Source of the DNA: an archaeon
Lineage (GTDB): Archaea > Iainarchaeota > Iainarchaeia > Iainarchaeales > CSSED10-239
Assembly (NCBI GenBank): GCA_035357435.1
Contig: DAOPNM010000017.1
Location: 1-10,855, forward strand
Length of the DNA stretch: 10,855 nt
Direction of reading: 5' to 3'
The number at the start of each line of letters is the position of its first letter. Position 1 is the first letter of the stretch. The position numbers and the translations under genes are program-made. Below the pieces are notes generated by a model. The model ran no database searches. It saw nothing but the letters and a program-made list of their open reading frames with translations, and was not told where the DNA came from. Of this stretch, positions 7,533 through 10,855 are shown piece after piece.

Positions 7533-7590
7533 TTTTTTGAAGAAAAGAAATAATTAAAATTATAAACAAATCTAAAAACAACAAATCCAC

Positions 7591-7609
7591 ACAAGATTTG
7601 TTGGGCACT
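7591..7609 (-). repeat. Intergenic repeat, inverted core copy (AGTGCCCAACAAATCTTGT on the minus strand)
   Basis: The reverse complement of 7591-7609 matches the copy A core at 16 of 19 positions. It lies exactly midway (77 bp centre-to-centre) between the cores of copies A and B. Confidence 0.65.
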
Positions 7610-7640
7610 AAAAAAGAACTTTGACAAACATATTACTAAA

Positions 7641-7686
7641 ACAGAAGAGGTTAAAAAGTAGTTTAAAGGTGCCCAAGAATTAACGA
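7641..7686 (+). repeat. Intergenic repeat copy B (ACAGAAGAGG..TAAAAAGTA..GGTGCCCAAGAATTAACGA)
   Basis: Core at 7668-7686; the central 13-mer GTGCCCAAGAATT matches copy A at 11 of 13 positions. The left flank shares TAAAAAGTA and an AGAGG element with copy A. Confidence 0.55.
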
Positions 7687-7725
7687 GTTTTATATTGTAT
7701 TTTTGTGTTTTTTTCAAAACATTAA

Positions 7726-7764
7726 ATAGAGGAAAGCGAACACAAAATGTCCAAGAAATCATGT
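7726..7764 (+). repeat. Intergenic repeat copy C (ATAGAGG...GAACAC..AATGTCCAAGAAATCATGT)
   Basis: Core at 7746-7764. It shares an identical 12-mer TGTCCAAGAAAT with copy A, begins with the same ATAGAGG, and is followed by the same T-run then an A/G-rich tail. Confidence 0.7.
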
Positions 7765-7786
7765 TTTTTAAAAAAAGAAAAAAACA
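7763..7786 (-). terminator. Oligo-T tract immediately downstream of serS
   Basis: The minus strand after the serS TAA reads TGTTTTTTCTTTTTTTAAAAAAC (T6CT7). No hairpin is present. This fits archaeal-type oligo-T termination but is not diagnostic in such AT-rich DNA. Confidence 0.3.
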
Positions 7787-9076
7787 TTAAAAAGAATTGT
7801 TTTTCTTAATTTCTTTTTTTCCGTACATGTATGGAACAAGAACATCAGGAACCTTAATTGTTCCTTCTTTTGTTTGACAATTTTCTAGAATGGCAACAAG
7901 TGCTCTTGATGTTGCTATTGCTGTATTATTTAAGGTGTGTACATGATATTTTTCACCTTGAGGTGTACTTGCTTTAATATTTAGTTTTAGAGCTTGTGCA
8001 TTTGTAAGATTACTACAACTACCTACTTCAATATACTCTTGCTTTCTAGGAGACCATGCCTCCAAATCTGCACTTCTATATTTAAGATCACCCATATCTC
8101 CAGAACAAATCTCTAAAACTCTTGTTGGTAAACCTAGTTGTTTAAAAAGTTCAATTGAATTATTTAATAGCTCATCATACATTTTTTCTGAATCTTCTGG
8201 CTTACAAATAATTACTTGTTCAACCTTATCAAACTGATGTACTCTGAATAACCCTCTTTCATCTAAACCATGACTACCAATCTCTTTTCTAAAACATGAA
8301 GAATAAGAATAAACCTTTATAGGTAATTTTTGTTCTGGAATAACTTTATCAGAAAACATAGCCATTAATGAATGTTCAGCAGTACCTATAAGATAAAGAT
8401 CTTCATTTTCTATTTTATAGATCATATCTCTAAAAAATTCAAAATCAACTGCACCTTCCATTGCTTTTTGGTTAAGTAAATAAGGTGTTAAAATAAAGGT
8501 ATAACCTTTTTTATTCAAAAAATCTTCTGTAAATCTGATCAAAGCATTATTCAATAAAGCTAAATCTCCTTTTAAATAAAAAAATCCTTTTCCAGAAACA
8601 TTTCTTGCAGAATCAATATCTAAAACATTTAGTTCTTGTGCAAGTTCTCCATGATGTATTATTTCAAAATCAAACTTTTTTGGTTCTCCAAAATATGCAA
8701 TTGGTTTATTTTGTGAGGAATCTTTTCCAATTGGTGTTTGTTCAGAAATAAGGTTTGGAATAATATTTTGAAGTTTATCAATTTCTTGTTTTAATTGTTT
8801 TTGCTTATCATCAAATTCTTTTATTTTCGAAGGTAACTCATTAACTTCTTTTAATAAATCATCAATTGGTTGATTATGTCTTTTTCTAATAGAAATCATT
8901 TCTGTAATTTCATTTTTTCTATGTTTCAATTGATTTGCAATTTGTATGTTTTCTCTGTATTCTTTATCTAAATCATATAATTTATCTACTAATGGTAACT
9001 TAGACTCTTGAAACTTCTTTTGAACATTTTGTTTAACTAATTCTTTGTTTTCACGAATATATTTTATATCAATCAT
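7787..9076 (-). CDS. serS: Seryl-tRNA synthetase (class II aaRS, bacterial-type architecture)
   Basis: 429-codon ORF. N-terminal ~100-aa coiled-coil tRNA-binding arm. Class II motif 2 region CFRKEIGSHGLDERGLFRVHQFDKVEQ. Motif 3 region HTLNNTAIATSRALVAILEN. Length and motif order match canonical SerRS. Confidence 0.97.
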   Translation of the reverse strand: MIDIKYIRENKELVKQNVQKKFQESKLPLVDKLYDLDKEYRENIQIANQLKHRKNEITEMISIRKRHNQPIDDLLKEVNELPSKIKEFDDKQKQLKQEIDKLQNIIPNLISEQTPIGKDSSQNKPIAYFGEPKKFDFEIIHHGELAQELNVLDIDSARNVSGKGFFYLKGDLALLNNALIRFTEDFLNKKGYTFILTPYLLNQKAMEGAVDFEFFRDMIYKIENEDLYLIGTAEHSLMAMFSDKVIPEQKLPIKVYSYSSCFRKEIGSHGLDERGLFRVHQFDKVEQVIICKPEDSEKMYDELLNNSIELFKQLGLPTRVLEICSGDMGDLKYRSADLEAWSPRKQEYIEVGSCSNLTNAQALKLNIKASTPQGEKYHVHTLNNTAIATSRALVAILENCQTKEGTIKVPDVLVPYMYGKKEIKKNNSF

Positions 9077-9101
9077 TTTTAATCATTTTTTTATTTAAAA
9101 A

Positions 9102-9665
9102 CTAATGGCTACGAACATATTTACCCATTAATTGTGCTTGTGCAAGAACATGGCCTTTCATTGCATTTTCAACTTGATCTTTTGTTGAACCTGCTGGAAG
9201 ATTTAAGTTTGTATCTAATGCATAAAGTTTAAAGAAATATCTATGTTCTTTATCTGGTGGACAAGGTCCCATATATCCTGTTCTTTTATTTGTTCCTTTT
9301 CCTGGTGTACCTTGTGGTTCACTATCTTCTGGAACTATTTTTGTTGTTGAAGGAATATTAAATACAACCCAATGAACCCATAAGCCAACTGGAGCATCTG
9401 GATCTTCCATAATTAAAACTAAACTTTTTGCATTTTCAGGAACTTGTTCAAAATGTAATTCTGGATTAATATTTGCATCATCACAAGTATATTTAGAAGG
9501 AATCTTTCCTCCTTCTTTAAATGCAGGGCTTGTTATTTTCATATTTTCAATCACTTCCGTTTCATTATATTCAGAGTTTTCATTAACCTTATTATTTAAA
9601 AAAAAAATTAAAAATATAACAAATATAATAATCAATATAATTAAAAATATTTTAACATTTTTCAT
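9102..9665 (-). CDS. PEBP-family protein (YbhB/YbcL / Raf-kinase-inhibitor-like) with an N-terminal membrane anchor or signal
   Basis: 187-codon ORF with a TAG stop. Hydrophobic N-terminus (IFLIILIIIFVIFLIFFL). PEBP hallmarks are present: LIMEDPDAP, VHWVVFNI and GYMGPCPPDKEHRYFFKLYALD. It ends 25 nt upstream of the serS start on the same strand. Confidence 0.9.
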   Translation of the reverse strand: MKNVKIFLIILIIIFVIFLIFFLNNKVNENSEYNETEVIENMKITSPAFKEGGKIPSKYTCDDANINPELHFEQVPENAKSLVLIMEDPDAPVGLWVHWVVFNIPSTTKIVPEDSEPQGTPGKGTNKRTGYMGPCPPDKEHRYFFKLYALDTNLNLPAGSTKDQVENAMKGHVLAQAQLMGKYVRSH

Positions 9666-9707
9666 ATTAAATTTAGTAAACCATTACTATTAAATATATT
9701 TCTACAA

Positions 9708-9779
9708 AGCCTCCAGAGGGACTTGAACCCTCAACCTTTTGTTTACGAAACAAATGCTCTGCCATTGAGCTATAGAGGC
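9708..9779 (-). tRNA. tRNA-Thr, anticodon CGU
   Basis: The reverse complement is GCCTCTATAGCTCAATGGCAGAGCATTTGTTTCGTAAACAAAAGGTTGAGGGTTCAAGTCCCTCTGGAGGCT (72 nt), which folds as a full cloverleaf. Acceptor stem GCCTCTA/TGGAGGC (one G-U pair). D stem GCTC/GAGC. Anticodon stem TTTGT/ACAAA with loop TT-CGT-AA. 5-nt variable loop. T stem GAGGG/CCCTC with loop TTCAAGT. Discriminator U. No intron and no encoded CCA. The local G+C content stands out sharply from the AT-rich flanks. Confidence 0.93.
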
Positions 9780-9951
9780 AAAAATTAATATAAATAATTT
9801 AAATAAAAAAACGTTTATAAAATGGTTGTAAATATTCAATGTTATTTTTTGTTATATATAAAAAAATTATAATTAAATCTTTCTTTTATACAATTGTTAT
9901 GTTATTAAAAATTATTAAAAACAGAAATTTATAAAATATTCTTTTGTAGAC

Positions 9952-10335
9952 TCATAAATTAACATTATACCCATCTAATTCATTATATTTTTTAAAATTT
10001 CCTTTAACTTTATCTACTGGATATCTTTTTTTGTTTTTTTCCATTTTATCATAAAAAGCATTTATTAAATTAATATTTAATACATCTGCAAGTCTTATAA
10101 CATAGGCAAAAACATCAGCAAGTTCATCTTTTATTTGTTCTTTTTTTTGGGGATCACTTAACATATTTTGTATTTCTTTTTCTGATTTCCATAAAAAAAA
10201 TTCTTGTAATTCTCCAACTTCAATAGAAATTGCCATTGAAAGATCTTTAGGATTATGATATTTTTCCCAATCTCTTTCTTTTATAAATTCTCTATAAAAC
10301 TTTTGTAAATCTTCTATATTTTTTTTATTATCCAT
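9952..10335 (-). CDS. MazG-like nucleoside triphosphate pyrophosphohydrolase (DCTPP1/XTP3TPA-like all-alpha NTP-PPase)
   Basis: ORF with a TGA stop at 9952-9954. Family hallmarks are present: REFIKERDWEKYHNPKDLSMAISIEVGELQE (E-x-x-E metal motif), a second ELADVFAYVIRLAD (E-x-x-D) motif, and KMEKNKKRYP near the C-terminus. The supplied ORF (to 10377) begins at a TTG. The first ATG (MDNKKNIEDL...) is at 10335 and gives a 127-aa product typical for the family, so it is preferred here. Neither candidate start has a Shine-Dalgarno site. Confidence 0.85.
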   Translation of the reverse strand: MDNKKNIEDLQKFYREFIKERDWEKYHNPKDLSMAISIEVGELQEFFLWKSEKEIQNMLSDPQKKEQIKDELADVFAYVIRLADVLNINLINAFYDKMEKNKKRYPVDKVKGNFKKYNELDGYNVNL

Positions 10336-10518
10336 AAAATCACAATTTCTATAATTATATTTAACAATCTTAAACAATATAGATAAATTATAACAAAATA
10401 GGATTTAAACTTTTCGCAGAAAATACATTAAACAATATTTTTTATTTTCTTTAAAAGATTTTTAAATCAATAAGTATATAAGCTATTTAAATATAATTGT
10501 TATCAATATTACTAGTTA

Positions 10519-10525
10519 GAGGAGG
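10519..10525 (+). promoter_or_regulatory. Strong Shine-Dalgarno site (GAGGAGG)
   Basis: GAGGAGG lies 6 nt upstream of the ATG at 10532. A TTTAAATA element at 10486-10493 lies ~40 nt upstream of that ATG. It could be a TATA box, but such strings are common in this DNA. Confidence 0.6.
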
Positions 10526-10531
10526 ACATAT

Positions 10532-10855
10532 ATGAAAATATTGCTAATATCAAATATAAAATTTTTAGATAAACTACCAACAATTAAATTTAATATTAAA
10601 AAACATAATGCTGTATTACCAACATTTCAATTAGGAAAAATATCTAAATATTTAAATAAAAAAAGTATATTTTTAAAAAAAGATATGGATCTCTTAAAAG
10701 AATGTGATGCATTGTTAGTTGCTAATTTTAAAAATGGAAGAATAAACAATTATATAGGTCCTTCTTGTCTTATGTTGATGGGGGTTGCATATTCTCTTGA
10801 TAAGAAAATATATTTACTTTATGATATTCCAAATAGTAAATATAAAGAAGAAATC
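10532..10855 (+). CDS. Partial CDS running off the window (3' end missing): small flavodoxin-fold protein with a nucleoside 2-deoxyribosyltransferase/DNPH1-like C-terminal motif; function uncertain
   Basis: Not in the supplied ORF track because no stop is reached. An ATG with a strong SD is followed by 108 open codons to the window edge: MKILLISNIKFLDKLPTIKFNIKKHNAVLPTFQLGKISKYLNKKSIFLKKDMDLLKECDALLVANFKNGRINNYIGPSCLMLMGVAYSLDKKIYLLYDIPNSKYKEEI. The segment CDALLVANF...YIGPSCLMLMGVAYSLDKKIYLL resembles the 'D-A-v-v-A ... G-t-x-x-E-x-G-x-A-x-x-x-x-K-p-i' signature of NDT-like/DNPH1-like proteins. The functional call is weak; the CDS call is stronger. Confidence 0.65.
   Translation, partial: MKILLISNIKFLDKLPTIKFNIKKHNAVLPTFQLGKISKYLNKKSIFLKKDMDLLKECDALLVANFKNGRINNYIGPSCLMLMGVAYSLDKKIYLLYDIPNSKYKEEI

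Noticed and set aside
7621-7640. Bacterial sigma-70-like TTGACA box in the serS-smc spacer
   Set aside because: No acceptable -10 hexamer lies at 16-18 bp spacing (the nearest TA-rich hexamers are ~7 nt away). It is also on the plus strand, pointing away from any annotated gene.
7433-7762. 109-aa minus-strand ORF in the serS-smc spacer as a real CDS
   Set aside because: It is Phe/Cys-rich, unlike all confident proteins here. It has no SD, and its start lies directly downstream of the serS oligo-T tract. Its apparent peptide repeats are translated DNA repeats. The long open frame is explained by strand purine skew. It is kept as an open question in the findings but not annotated as a gene.
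7485-7784. CRISPR array, given regularly spaced repeats of ~77-bp period
   Set aside because: The repeat cores are short (~19 nt) and imperfect (11/13 to 17/20 identity between copies). One copy is inverted, the period is longer than typical repeat-plus-spacer units, and no cas genes or leader are visible. This is not a CRISPR array, though an extremely decayed remnant cannot be formally excluded.
9077-9101. T-box or other riboswitch leader upstream of serS
   Set aside because: Only 25 nt separate the PEBP stop from the serS start, which is far too short for a T-box (~200 nt) or any known riboswitch.
9841-9920. Short tandem or dispersed GTTAT and ATTATTAAAA repeats between the MazG-like gene and the tRNA
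   Set aside because: These are low-complexity AT-rich words of the kind expected by chance in this composition, with no higher-order structure or pairing potential.
9666-9951. tRNA-Thr as an integration site for a mobile element or genomic island
   Set aside because: No second copy of the tRNA 3' half (e.g. GGTTCAAGTCCCTC) occurs anywhere in the window. There is no integrase or recombinase ORF nearby, and the flanking genes are ordinary housekeeping types.

Overview
Strongly AT-rich chromosomal segment with 8 credible protein-coding genes and 1 tRNA. Everything between nt 757 and 10377 is on the minus strand. In minus-strand transcription order the genes are as follows. (1) A MazG/DCTPP1-like nucleotide pyrophosphohydrolase. 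(2) tRNA-Thr(CGU). (3) A membrane-anchored PEBP (YbhB/YbcL-type) protein, followed 25 nt later by seryl-tRNA synthetase. (4) A 412-bp spacer with no convincing gene but an evenly spaced repeat family. (5) A 1082-aa SMC ATPase. (6) A 174-bp spacer. (7) A tight two-gene operon (27-nt gap) for large secreted, C-terminally membrane-anchored multi-beta-sandwich surface proteins of 432 and 622 aa. On the plus strand there is a Lys/Glu-rich coiled-coil protein at the left edge, convergent with the surface operon. At the right edge there is a 3'-truncated ORF with a strong Shine-Dalgarno site, missing from the supplied ORF track and divergent from the MazG-like gene. TAA, TAG and TGA are all used as stops, so the genetic code looks standard. 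No transposase, integrase, cas gene or CRISPR array is visible. The lineage looks like a small-genome, AT-rich archaeon (DPANN-like), but a CPR-type bacterium cannot be excluded from sequence alone. Three things deserve most attention: (i) the surface-protein operon, with its Cys-bracketed duplicated module and a three-copy Glu-linker plus GF-x-x-L-x-N motif; (ii) the periodic repeat family in the serS-smc spacer; (iii) the SMC protein's compact, glycine-poor hinge and altered signature motif. All family assignments come from motif recognition by eye; no database search was run.
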